From Lingula anatina (Eukaryota; Animalia; Brachiopoda): DNA of 64,000 nt. The stretch covers positions 2,046,001-2,110,000 of the forward strand of contig CM120645.1 in assembly GCA_051362555.1 (NCBI GenBank). Reading direction: 5' to 3'. The position numbers and the translations under genes were made by a program. Positions within the stretch are counted from its first letter, which is position 1. The number at the start of each line of letters is the position of its first letter. Under the pieces are notes generated by a model. It was given only the letters and a program-made list of their open reading frames with translations. It had not been told where the DNA came from and ran no database searches. Shown here piece after piece: positions 13,601-34,200 of this stretch.

Positions 13601-14522
13601 GCATTATACAGACTTTTCCCGCGCTGGCCAACAGCAGCAGCTGATGATGGAGCAGCCCAAGCCATCTCAGAGCCAGCTGAAGCAGATGCAGCAGCAGTTT
13701 GACAACATGCACGTTGGGGTGCCTGTGAAGAGGACTCAGAGTCTGAAGGGAGAGACTTGTACACAGGTTCAGCAGGTGCTTGATATTGGTCACCCCCACT
13801 CCCACCACAGTGGGTCAGCGGGCACCACACCCCAGTCCACTCCCCCTCTGACCAGAAAGTGGTCCACGGAGAGCTTGCCGCAGATGGCCACAGCTTCTAC
13901 CCACCAGCCGAGTGTGGACAGCAACAGTAACAACAGCATGCCCCCTTCTGGTACCAGTATGAACTATTCCAATGTTTCCCTCCCTGAGCAGCAGTATTAC
14001 ACATACCACGGACATGGATCCATTAGTGGGCATTATATGGGTGCAGGTGGGGGTCAGGGGATGCCACAGCACCCACCTCCACACCCACATGGCATGCACC
14101 CAGTTCACCATGGACAGCAGATGTATGGGGCTGGGGTCCCCATGTACAGCCAGCCACTGCAACACTATGTGCATGGACAAGGTCAAATTGCAGCCCAAGG
14201 TCAAATGCATGGGCAAGGTCAAATTGCAGCCCAAGGTCAAATGCATGGCCAAGGTCAAATTGCACCCCAAGGTCAAATGCATGGACAAGGTCAAATTCCC
14301 AGTCAGGGTCAGATGCATGGGCAAGGTCAAATTGCAGCCCAAGGTCAAATGCAGGGGCAAGGTCAGATGCATGGCCAAGGTCATATTCCTGGTCAGGGTC
14401 AAATGCATGGCCAAGGTCAAATGCTGGGTCAAGGTCAAATGTCAGATGTCTGGCCAACCAGTCAAGTGACTACTTATCCTGCTCATACGATACAGGCACC
14501 ATCAGCATCGCACCCAAGTTGA
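378..14522 (+). CDS. WNK: WNK-family serine/threonine kinase, C-terminal ~2306 aa (5'-partial; kinase domain upstream of window)
   Basis: Exons with GT-AG and consistent phases: 378-574, 1835-1882, 2146-2368, 2738-2962, 3201-3366, 3702-4195, 4505-4569, 4953-5184, 5413-5619, 5821-6624, 7587-10370, 12721-12806, 13133-14522 (TGA); sum 6921 nt, divisible by 3. Two CCT/PF2-like domains (VECLLEVAKEKQVTFKFD; VVECQLDGAKSRMVTFTFD) resemble WNK CCT2; RFSV motifs at 8358-8369 and 8541-8552; C-terminal coiled coil LSRHKAERDDLIQKQTGELHEY; long Q/S/P-rich disordered regions. Confidence 0.88.
2146..2962 (+). other. WNK CCT-like domain copy A (exons 2146-2368 + 2738-2962)
   Basis: RVTILNIEEQEEGNLVECLLEVAKEKQVTFKFDISEDGPGDIAENL|MIRQLLQAQHKELFQDQMGEVI matches the WNK CCT2 pattern (ILNV..VVECQL..KMVTFKFD..D.P.EIA). 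Confidence 0.8.
2481..2640 (+). mobile_element. MITE-like element in WNK intron, same family as 48081-48252
   Basis: Ends AGGGGCGGAT ... GTCTGCCCCTG are near-inverted; the body aligns by eye to the reverse complement of 48081-48252. Confidence 0.7.
4577..4623. repeat. (AAT)n microsatellite
   Basis: Direct reading; immediately after the 4569 donor site. Confidence 0.95.
4953..5619 (+). other. WNK CCT-like domain copy B (exons 4953-5184 + 5413-5619)
   Basis: VLTVLTYQSTDQGRVVECQLDGAKSRMVTFTFDIDVDKPEDIVENM|CSGSFLLPIHKDYFMEQLEEVI; same pattern and intron positions as copy A. Confidence 0.8.
14172..14441 (+). repeat. Coding minisatellite, 36-bp unit (18-bp subunit), encoding HGQGQIAAQGQM-type repeats in the WNK last exon
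   Basis: Repeated CATGG(A/G/C)CAAGGTCAAATTGCAGCCCAAGGTCAAATG; about 7 degenerate units. Confidence 0.9.
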
Positions 14523-17500
14523 TCCTTTCTTAGAAATGAGATGTATATATATATGAATGATTATCATTACTATGTAATCAACATCATCATGGAAATGAAA
14601 AGCTTCATGCTTCGCAAAGTGCATGCGGTGTGCATGACTTGAATTGCCAAATGTCTTTCAATGCACTGTATATGCCTTACCAGTACATGTAACTGCTTTT
14701 GTATCAAAAGGACAGTTCTTGTTTATGATGTTTGATTGTAAAAAGATTGAAGAAAAAAAAAGCATTATAGTGTGATGCAGACAAGGTGCTGAGAACATAG
14801 AGAGAGCTGTAGTAGTTCGGAGAGCACAGTGGAGAAAGGTTTATCCCAGCACACTAAGCCATGTGCAATTATCTAGTAGAGAGACGTAGGCCTAGAGCAC
14901 AGTGAAGATAGGGATAACTATAGTTTTCTCAACTGAACTGAGGCTAGAATTTAGGAATAGATGGAAAATGTTTGATATATTTGGAAAAAGTGTGCATTGA
15001 ACAAAGCAGATGTGAGTTCTGGAACCTGCCTCAATATGCTCTTCTAATGTTCTGCACTGATTGGATCCTGAAAACTCTCCTCCAAGGTGGCTTTAAAACT
15101 GCAGCAGTACTAGTGGTATTATTGCCATGTTTTCACATCTAGAAAACTGCACCCAAACTTGAAGATGTAGTGGGGAGATTTCCTACTCCTGAGACAATAC
15201 TGTAGCTGATTGGAATAGGCAAAGTTGCTAGTTTTATCATTCAATACTATATGTCAAAATATAAGCTTGAGCAGTGTAATATCTATGACTCCATAATGCC
15301 ATTTTTCTGCCATGTATCTGCCATGTATTATGACATTGCTTATAATATTTAAGGATACTGTTAACTACACTTTCAAATAGTACTGTGGATATTAAGCTTT
15401 TTGTAACACAGTTGTTATATTAGACTTCATAAATATTTAACCTTCCTACTACAATTTGCAGTGTTGACAACAAGTTACAGTCAGACTTAAAAAACTGTAT
15501 TGATGCTTGTGCTGAACTATATCCCCTTGAACACGTACAGTGTAGCAAAGTTATTTAAGCATTACACAGTTTTCTTTCTGGATTGCGATGTAGAGCTACA
15601 GTGATACACATGCTGTGTTGTAGTGTACACATCACAGTGTTGACAATATTGTATACCATTGTTTACCCCCATGTACCAATACTGTTGCCAACTCGTACCC
15701 GTTTTTATGCATATTTTGCATATTGTATGGGGCAAAGCCAAGTAGGTCTTTTGGTCCTAGGTAAAATCTTCTTCTGACATTTTACAAGTCCATGCCTTTT
15801 TTGCCCTAGATTCTATTAAATCTGGATCTAAAGGTTATTTCAAGCGTAAATTAGGATTGTTTTCATTTTTGAATTTGTTGATGATAACTTATTGCTATGA
15901 AAATTAGTTCTGTATATATGACGATGCTCTCTCCAGGATAAACCAAGTTCACCCAGTGTACGTATCTCCTCCAAAATGTTACATAATTTACTTTCCTATA
16001 TTTACCTTTGGTTCTCGACCTGATTTTGATTTGACATCTGCCTTGTAGCATTTTTGGCTGGAAGTACTGTTATCCTGTAGTGAGCTTAGTATGGTTGCTG
16101 ATTATCAGAGGCTTCTGGCCTTTTGTCAAGTTTATTCCTCGGCATGGAGATATGAAGTCGTAATTCCGTAAATGGTATTTATGGCTGTATTGAGCAATTT
16201 CTTTCCTTATTTATTATTTCCTTATTTATTTTATTAATTAAAAAAATTAACTTGAGGCTCCTGATATATTATGGTTTTCTGATATTGTAAGGACAATATT
16301 TCAAAGGTGTTTTGTTTCTCAAGCCTGAAGAACAAATAATCGATGGTATTTTTACTTAAAGAACAGTGAATGCATCCAAGCACAGATTACTTATGATGTG
16401 TGTTTCTTGTAACTTGGATTTTCCTATATTTGACAGTGGCACGGCAGTGTATAAATTGTCACACATACTCGCAGTAGTCGCTAGTATATCGATAGCTTAT
16501 TGATAAGACTCCCAAGTTGAGGCTGAGTCCCAACCTAATTGTATCACGTCTATATCTGCTAGGGGCAACACAATTGGCATTTAAATATATCTTAATAGTT
16601 GGTTTCTCTGTAGTTATATGATTTTAGGTGATGTCTGCATAAAATGCATAATCTTGGGAGTTAAAGAAAAGAGATATTAAGGAAATACACTTAATTGTGA
16701 CGTAGCAGTGTAACATTTTGTCTCTAGACTGGTAGAGTATAGTTTATGAAGAAGAGGGGTCTTCTAGGGTAGAGTAGGCGGGCGCAGTTTGTACATCTTT
16801 GTATAATGTTATACATTGCCTCATTTTTGTACAGTCGAATATCATGTGATAATTTTTTTGTCATTTTTCATTTTGTATAATATTCATGATTTCCAATGCT
16901 GCTCACTTGGTGTGGCAAGCCAGCGTGTTGTATGAAGAGAATATGGTGCAAACGGTATGAAGATGGGTTATATTGATTGCTGAATTTTCATTATTTAAGT
17001 ATTTGAATTTATTGAAAGGGATTAACTAGTTCTATGATATTGATGTTATAAGTTTGGTTTAAGCTGACGGCTTTTTGTACAGAATTGCGATCCTGTCGGT
17101 GAAGAAAAAATGTTATTTATCAAGAAATACGTTGTTTTGTTTTTCTTTAATTCCTTAAAATCAGAGGTATATTGCTTATAATAATATAATTATTGATTTC
17201 TTTTGAGAAAGGGGTGTGTTACTCTTATCCAAATCTATTCTTGAAATCTATTTTCACCCACCAGGAATCGGGGGGCGGGGGGGGGGGACTTAAATTTAGT
17301 TTTTGCTTCAATTTTTTTCAGTGTAACACGAGGGAAATGACCAACAGGCTTTTCTTTAATGAACTATTTAAAAGTTTTTAAAAATTTAATTGGGTGACTA
17401 TTACCTTACACTCGTGATCAATAATTGCCGCTGAAGTTCTTAAAAATCGGACAAGAATGGCTTTCTGCTTCTTGATTGTGTTAGCTGCTGTAACTAAAAC

Positions 17501-17995
17501 ACTGAGGGCTCCAGATCCCGCTCTGATATTAAGGGCCTGTTAAATGTATAGACAGTGCAATTATTTAGTAACCGACTACTAGCGCATCCTGCAAACAGAT
17601 AGTAGCAGCGTGCGACCAGGCGGCTTTTTTGTTTGGAGGTGATGCTTGTACGTGAACACCTAATCCCCAAAGTATTACGTGTCTATTTGTTACCCTCTAC
17701 CAGGGCGACTGATAGATTTTTCACAGATATTCACAGGTATGTCTCTAGATAGATGGTCATTTTGGTTCAAACTCAGTTTGGTTCAAACTCAAAAACTGAA
17801 AAGCATGCATTGAACCATGTTGGAAGAAAGACCACATTGGATTTTTTAAACCTACAATTGAACAATGTTTTCAGTTTTTATTCTCTAAACTTGAAAAGCG
17901 GATATGGTAAATGCCAGTGCATTTGTCTTACTGAGCACAAAAATGAAAATGGGATTTAGTTTTTTTCGGTTTCAGCACATGTAACTGACTTCTTT

Positions 17996-18038
17996 CTAGG
18001 ACTCAATATTCAGTCCTATATTGGATATTGAGTCCTAG
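17996..18038. repeat. Short hairpin, 14-bp perfect arms
   Basis: CTAGGACTCAATAT (17996-18009) ... ATATTGAGTCCTAG (18025-18038). Confidence 0.85.
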
Positions 18039-18310
18039 TTTCTATCAATATCTACATCAAAACTGAAATATTCAACCTGATAAGAAGTAGTGAAGTACAC
18101 ATTTAATTTCCCGTAACACAAATAAGTATATTTTTGGCCAAGTAAGGTAGTGGTTCAGATTTAAACTGTTCGATTCAAAGATATAATATTTACCGTTGCC
18201 TTCGCAACTCTGCTTCCTGACTGACGTGGCTAAAAACGTAAAGCCGCACCTAGAGGCGTCTACAGTTAACTCCGGCCAAATCCGGATACGGTCATGTCTG
18301 TGAAGGCTCT

Positions 18311-18318
18311 TGACGTCA
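18311..18318. promoter_or_regulatory. Possible CRE site upstream of the SUSD2-like gene
   Basis: Palindromic TGACGTCA ~220 bp upstream of ATG 18536 in a CpG-richer stretch; function not demonstrable from sequence. Confidence 0.35.
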
Positions 18319-18535
18319 TCACAGCGGAAGGACAGTCCCACCTCGCTATCAGTACCGAACACCCGACCTAAACCGCGTCTGTCACAATGAGATTATCTTC
18401 TTTTTAAAGTGAAAACCCGCATACCTTTAGATCTAAACGAACGAGTCATCTATACACCCATCTTGAAAGGAATTAGAAGTTTTAGTTTTTATTTTGGATG
18501 GATGTAACCGGGCCCTGAAGTTTTGGACATAAAAA

Positions 18536-27268
<8,733 letters not shown>

Positions 27269-27699
27269 ACTATGGGATATCACGTTTCTATAGTAACAGG
27301 GTATGCAGCACGGAGCAGTGTGACGTTCGTTCGAGTGCGGAAATGTGGCGAACATTAAACTTGAATAAAAGCATGACGATCATTTGTTACATTCTACAGT
27401 TATTGATACAAAGCTTGTAAAAAAACACGCAGTTTTAATATTTATTATCAAAATAAAATAATCACTACGCTATCTTATGTTGTCTTTCTTTTACAAACCA
27501 TTTCTCTTTACCGCTGTGAACGTACTCTCACTTTTAGCGAATTGAACGGGACGCAGGTTGGGCGGGGTATCATATGGGGTAAAGGTGGGGTCTCATCTAA
27601 TTATTTTCTCATTTTACTTTGACCAAGTTTTCTTTAACAAATACATATAGAGTTTTTAAAAATTCAGGTATGACGTTCCTGCCCGAGCGCTTAGGAATA

Positions 27700-28490
27700 C
27701 AGCTCTAAATGCCGCATGCGCAGCACAACTATTATTGTATCACTACAAAGTTATAGCTTCCTGCGCAAGCAGTTCCCAGCCAGGATAAATTAATTCAACT
27801 CTAATTCATTAAATTCAAATTCGCTAAAAAAGAGTTGTTTTCAGTTGCTCAGTTTTTCACACTCACGCACCCCACGCCTTGGTTTCTCACGTGGAGCACG
27901 TAGCCTACACAGAACATGTCCCAGTGTCGAGTACAGCAGCAACCACACAAAGGTGCATATTGTCAAAGCGCGTAATGTCAATGCCGCTGCATACCTTTCA
28001 TTCAAGCGATTCAATTGATTTAGTTCACTTTGGGTCAACCTAGCAAAACCGAGTTATTATAAGGCAAATATCGCTCGAAATCACGAAAGGTTGATAACTG
28101 AAATGTTAGTAATGAACAGATAAGTGTATATGACATAAGAGCCTGATGCTAAGATAGAGATAGCGCATATTACTGGATCAAAGGAATCGCCTTTGGAAAT
28201 ATACACGGAGGGTGCGAAACTGAAAATATTTTATGACGCAGCTCTATTTATGTCAACAACATCACCTGACATTTTTCGATGGGCGCCATTTTATTCACCT
28301 TCCCTGGGCAAATTTTGTCGGAATTCAAGACTTAACGTAAAATATGACTTGACTTTAGCATGTGAACTGTACTTGGCAACCTGCAAACGTTGGTTTTATC
28401 TGCGGAGTAGAGACGATCTTACCTTGATGAAGTTTTTTCGAGAATTAGGTGTGAAACCGGCCGCTGAACGTTCGAAGTTTTAAAGGTACA
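27700..28490 (+). promoter_or_regulatory. Probable promoter / non-coding first exon region of the NLR gene
   Basis: CpG-richer stretch with NRF1-like GCATGCGC near 27714; candidate donor AAAG|GTACAG near 28485; the NLR ATG exon starts at an acceptor (30535/30536), so an upstream exon is expected. Confidence 0.4.
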
Positions 28491-28699
28491 GTATGAGGCT
28501 TATACCTTATATCAAGGATGAGGCTTACTACTACACGCACAATCAACTTTTCCTATACCACTACTACTGACACTAATAAAGCAATAATAAAAAATAATAA
28601 TACACGAAAGATCTGTTTTTAGTCCATCATTTAAAAACACCAATGACAAAGCATAAAGTTATTTGTCTTCAGTCAGTAGCTTATAATGACAAGTGATGT

Positions 28700-29095
28700 T
28701 ACCTGCAATATTTCGATATCTTGAGCATTCTCATTAGGCAATGGGGCCTGCAGGTGAATAACCTTATCCAAGAGTCTCTTATACCCCACCTACTGTCTTA
28801 ATAAAAGGCTAGTATAGGTCTGGGAGGATGGCCACATCATTTCTGTTGAGTGTGGTCCCTGTCTTCTTGTTGTGTATGGCTTCCAGGCTTTCTGTAGTGG
28901 TTTCACTGTAAATACCTTGATTTTGTCAATAATTTGATTTTTTCAGATTATTTCCGATTTTGGTTCATCGTTAACTTGTCTCGTTTGTCGGTTGATTTTT
29001 GGTGTTCTGCTATCTCTCAGCCTCTGAGTTTCACAAACACGTATGTTTATCTCACCACATCCTTCACATTCCACGTAATAGACTACCCCATCCTG
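28700..29095 (-). mobile_element. Degenerate Penelope-like retroelement 3' fragment (GIY-YIG endonuclease)
   Basis: Minus-strand frameshifted translation gives VVYYVECEGCGE...ETQR...IAEHQKS and SLEAIHNKKTGTTLNRNDVAILPDLY*, typical of Penelope GIY-YIG C-termini. Confidence 0.7.
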
Positions 29096-30569
29096 TAAAA
29101 TGAAGAATATTTTACTTTATTCTCATAATATAACACAACTGATTAATTTCTTCTTTGATAAAGAACAATTTATTAACACGATCGAGATGCATTAAGTTTC
29201 CTATTTTTTTCCTGACAACAAATGCTACTTTTACAATAATTTAGATAACGTTCTTTAGACTTGATTCCTTGGTCTGTTATACCAGATACAACTGTCGGTT
29301 AAACATATTACCACTTGTTGTGGTTGAGAACTTTTCTGAGTATTCTATAATTGCTCCATTTTATACAAAAAAAAAAAAAAAAAAAGAAAAAAATTAATCC
29401 AATTTGTAGAAACTCGTTCAGATGGTGACCTTTGTTATCAGTCGTTTCTAAAACGCAATATTGAATTTGATGAAGATGTCACAAATCACTGTACCCGAAT
29501 TTATCGAATTTTGTCGTACTGTTGGGCGATATATTCTTACTATTAAGCCATAATTCCAAGTACGTGTTAGATTGGCACCTGAAATAATCTGAAATAAAGC
29601 TTGATTAGGTGCAAAAAGGGGACCATTTTGCACTTAAACGCAAAACAATCAACCACTGTACGTTCCCATGCAGCGTTTTGTTTTCTCTCCTGAATCGCGT
29701 GCACAAAACATCAGTCTGTGTTGAGCACAATAGCAACGACACAAAAGTTCTTTCAAAGCGCATAATGTCAATACCGCTGTATGCTTTTCAGTCAGTTGGG
29801 TCAATAGAGCAAGTTGGCATTGGGTCACCTAATAATACAATGCCATTGTTCTGTGAATTATAAATTATAAATCTTAAATGATACCAATGGTCTGGTCATA
29901 TGAACGATATAAAAAGTTGATAGCAAGACTCTGGTACCTCATGCATATCAATCACAGGGAGCAATTTTGAGAATATTAGATGGAAATTTAACACTGAAAA
30001 TATTTTATGACACAATGTCAACAACATCACCTGGCAGCCTTTGACATAAAAGTACCTTGGCATGAATGATCGATGCATTAAAGTGTCTCAGGACAAAAAA
30101 AAAGATTTTCCCTAGATCTGGACCTCCCACTGATGTTAGAGCATTAAGGTCCAATAATGCATAAAAATGGAAGATCCTTTTGGAGTAATTATTTCCCAAC
30201 TTCTGCACTATTTCTATGCCATTTTTTGATCAAGTGTATACGAAGTGTAGAAATGCACATGCTAATAAGAACCACATCACTCTTTGTCATCATCATCATA
30301 ATGCGCCCTGCCCCTTAACGTTTACATCCAGCGTTTATTCTGCCCCAGCATTCAGCAAGCCTATGATTTTGTCACATTTATTTAGGATTTAGGATTTTGT
30401 TTCTCCTGGCTGTTTCCATTTGCTGTATTCAATCTCTTCACATTGAAATATTATTAATTAACTTTGTTTAAAAAGCTGATGATATAATCGGACCAACACT
30501 GACTGGTAAAGTTTACATCTCCAATTACATTCCAGGGGGGTAGGTAAGGACGTAGAAGTGACAGGAACC

Positions 30570-31260
30570 ATGGCAACAGCAATAGAGTCATACACCGGCT
30601 CTGGCCAGGAGAATTATTTCCGTTTGTGCATTTTAATTGTTGATCGTGCCCTGGCGGTCTTGCAACATGTTCTTCAGGAAGAGCTTACGAAAAAGTACCC
30701 CAGTTTGTTTGACCTCAACACCAGTTTGTTATGTGGGGTGCTTGGTGATGGAACTGTCAGGAAAACACTGTTTAGATTACCACGAGGAGTATTTAATAAG
30801 CAGCAAAAAGACCAACTGTATCCTGCTGGAAATCCCTCCACATCAGTAACTGTTGGTGATTTAGACATCACACTGACTGTTCTCTTGCTGAGGAACATCA
30901 CAACATTGAATACTAAGACCAAAGCATGGGACAACCCCTCTGACAGCGATAAATCAACAGAAGCCGAGATTGGGCGAGTTAAAAGATATCGGAATGTTGA
31001 GTATGCTCATATAAAAGAGGCAGCAATCAGCTTGGATGTATTCCGAGAAAAATTCTCCGGTCTCAAGTCCAGTCTCCTGGCTCTCTCTGGCAGGTACAGT
31101 GGTGAGGAATACGACGCCATTTTGCACAGACCTCTTGACACTGGTTTATTTAAGGATTACCAAGATGTTATGAACAAACTGTACAATTATGACAAAGAGG
31201 TGAAAGAGTGGATGATGGAGAATCATGATATGCTCAAGGAAATCGGATTAATTACAAAAG
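30570..31260 (+). other. HEPN (DZIP3/hRUL138-like) domain exon of the NLR
   Basis: Rx5H motif RNVEYAH at 30990-31010 preceded by the DITL..LLRN signature. Confidence 0.8.
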
Positions 31261-34200
31261 GTACATACTTTGTTCTTTTAGATGCTTTCCTCACATAAAA
31301 CTCATTGATACACATACACTGTACATGTATGTGTTCGTAATTTACATTTTGTTTGGGAGCATCTTTACTTCAAACATTTTCTTGGGTGTGAATGAGGTCA
31401 ATATATTGATTGTGGCAGCAGCATCAGGCCTTCAAATGGAAAACAATATCTTTTCTTAGAATTCTCTTTTGAACATTCATACCTAAATATGTGATATATT
31501 TGTATTTTCTTTACCAAACCTTTTGAGAGAATTAGTAGATTGAAAGTAGTGGTAGTGTTAACAGCATACTAGTAATTCAGATGAAATGCGATCGTCACTC
31601 TTAAAGTCTTCAATTGGATTTTAATACATGTTTTTTGAGAACTGCATATACAGTGAAGTTGTGTTTGTTTACAGACATTCAGGAAAAAGTTCAGGTGCTT
31701 TATGACAGGAATCAAGATGCACCAGCACGTCGGATAAGTACAGGTAATATAGTACAGTAAATGTCAGGTTCAAAAATGGATGTATAAATGTATGGAATTA
31801 TATCATGTCTACTGCTCTTTGGCATGAATATGGCATGTAATACCATATAATTTGCAAGTGACATTAATAGAGTGACTTTATTTTAAAGATATATCAGTAG
31901 CATTTATATTTTAATACAATTGTATGTGAGGAACCGTTTTGATTAGCGGTTGAAGCAGGGTCCTGGTCAGGCAGAGAACGATATTGTAGGTTTGATAGCA
32001 CTCAGCGCCTCATACGGCAGCGGGGCTGTATCCTCCCCAGTGAGGTGAGATCGTTTACACAGAATGTAATGACCAGTTGCCTGACTATTTGTTATGAATA
32101 GTTGTGAAAAAACATCGATAGCTCTTCAGGTGAGGTATATATGTTTTAAACCGAAAACAATTTCAAAACAAACATGTCATCATCTCGAATGAACAAATTC
32201 TCCCCGATGCATTTTCTTATGTGACAGCATTATCTCACAACATTATAACGTTTAATTCTGCACTTTCTAAATGGATCAGGGAAATAAAATAGATCCTAGC
32301 TTACGCATCAGTCTACCTTAAATCGCCCTTTCATCAGTCAAAACACACAAGCCACTGAGTAAAGTGCATGCATGTTACCTATAAAACTGAGCTGACTTAT
32401 TATACCTAAAGGATGAGTTAACAAACTCCCAATAACAACCCATACCCATTAACTTTTCTTTCTTGAGTTGTTTAACTCCTAGTGGAGCCATGTGAAGCAA
32501 ATTTCGGTTTTATTCTTTAACCGGCATTTTATATATCTCCATTTGTATAAAAAGAGATTCCCAATATATAGATCCATTTGAAGAAAACAGAAAAATGAAG
32601 TTGAAATGACATTTTGTTCTCAACTTTCAATAATATTTTCATGATGCCAGGTAACGAAGGTTTTGCAAATTAATTTCTAAGAGAATGCAATTTTGCCGTG
32701 TTTTGTGTGACATGGAAATATTGGACATAATTGAATATAACTGTTATTGCAAAAATACTACAAAAAACATCAAACAACTAAAAATAATGACCTCCGACAA
32801 TAGATATCACAGAGTTTTTTTAAATTTTTAAATGCCGAAGGACACTACGGAAATAGCCACAATATATTATTATGTTATTGCCAAAAGGACGCACTTGTAA
32901 AGCTCGATATTTACAAAATAAACTTCCTCTTTGATAAAAAAAAAACACTAGCTGAGCATGTTTTCTGAAGGCAATGCTCCGTTTACGCCATTTTGATGGT
33001 CTGTCCGAAAACTTGCATTTAATTTACACATGGGCTTTTCAAGTATCTGACTTTGAATTTCTACTGGTCTGAGGCCATTTTCTTTAATTAAAATTTCGAA
33101 ATCTATACATTAGAGGTGCATACTCAAAAACCCATACATTGTATTTTAAGCTACATGTACTACATTATAATTTAAATGATAACATATATTCTGTTCACTT
33201 TAAAAGTTAATTGGAGTTTCACTGTATGTGTTAAGTTATGTCACTGCTTCAATCAGTTTTGTAATTTATATTCTGTCCATATGACACCTTGGCTGCTGTG
33301 ATTTTTATGACCATGTCAATCATTTATATATTTCATGACTTATTGATCATCACCCATTTAACTTAATCTGTTCCAGGAAGCAGTTACTTGTACTTGCTTG
33401 AAAACCACTTTTCAATTCAGATAGACCATCTATCCAAGTAATATTACTGTAGATATGCACATGTATAAACCATTTATATTTCCCTCCAAATCAGGTTCTC
33501 GAAGCAGATCATCATCTGACAGTGACGATTCTCCAGCACCCTCAACTTCCACAAGTAGCCAAAAACCTGGACGTCACCACAGGAAGAGTGCTCAAGGAAG
33601 TAAGATTGAGAAAATTGAAAATAAATATTGTATGCTCATTGTATCTGTGCCAGATTGTTTATCAAAACATGGTTTCTGTAATAGTGATACCGATATACAG
33701 ATATGCAGACGTAAGTTGCTAACAATATTTCCCTCCAAACCAGGATCTCGAAGTAGATCTTCCACTGTGTCTGACAAGGAATCTCCAGCACCCGCAAATT
33801 CCGCAACTGGCCAAAGATCTGGAGACCCAGAACAGAGCCATAGACGTGGTAAGACCCGGGAAATTAGAAATATTCAAATTTTGTGTGCTTATTTTTTTAC
33901 GTTACGATAAATTATCCACAAACCTTAACGTTTGTATAAAATTTTAATAGCAATCAAGAGAAGATGGGATTTAGTATGGTGTTCTTTTCACATGGCCCTA
34001 AGTCTACGTATGTTATAATATTATTATTCAGCGTTTTATTTATTTGTTAGTAAAGGGTGGGGGAAGTTCAGTGGAAGTTGGAAAAATATATTTAAATATT
34101 GTACAACATGTGTATTTAAATATCATTCATTTGTGTTTTACATATAGAATTTGAGTGTTTGCACAATATATTCACCAAGAAAACAAACTTAAATGCATTT

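Noticed and set aside
14172-14441. Many CAAGGTCA nuclear-receptor half-sites
   Set aside because: Explained by CAA-GGT-CAA codons for Gln-Gly-Gln.
13465-14469. Several antisense and alternate-frame ORFs over WNK exons (also 5924-6558 and 7813-9441)
   Set aside because: Shadows of low-complexity Gln/Gly/Ser codon runs.
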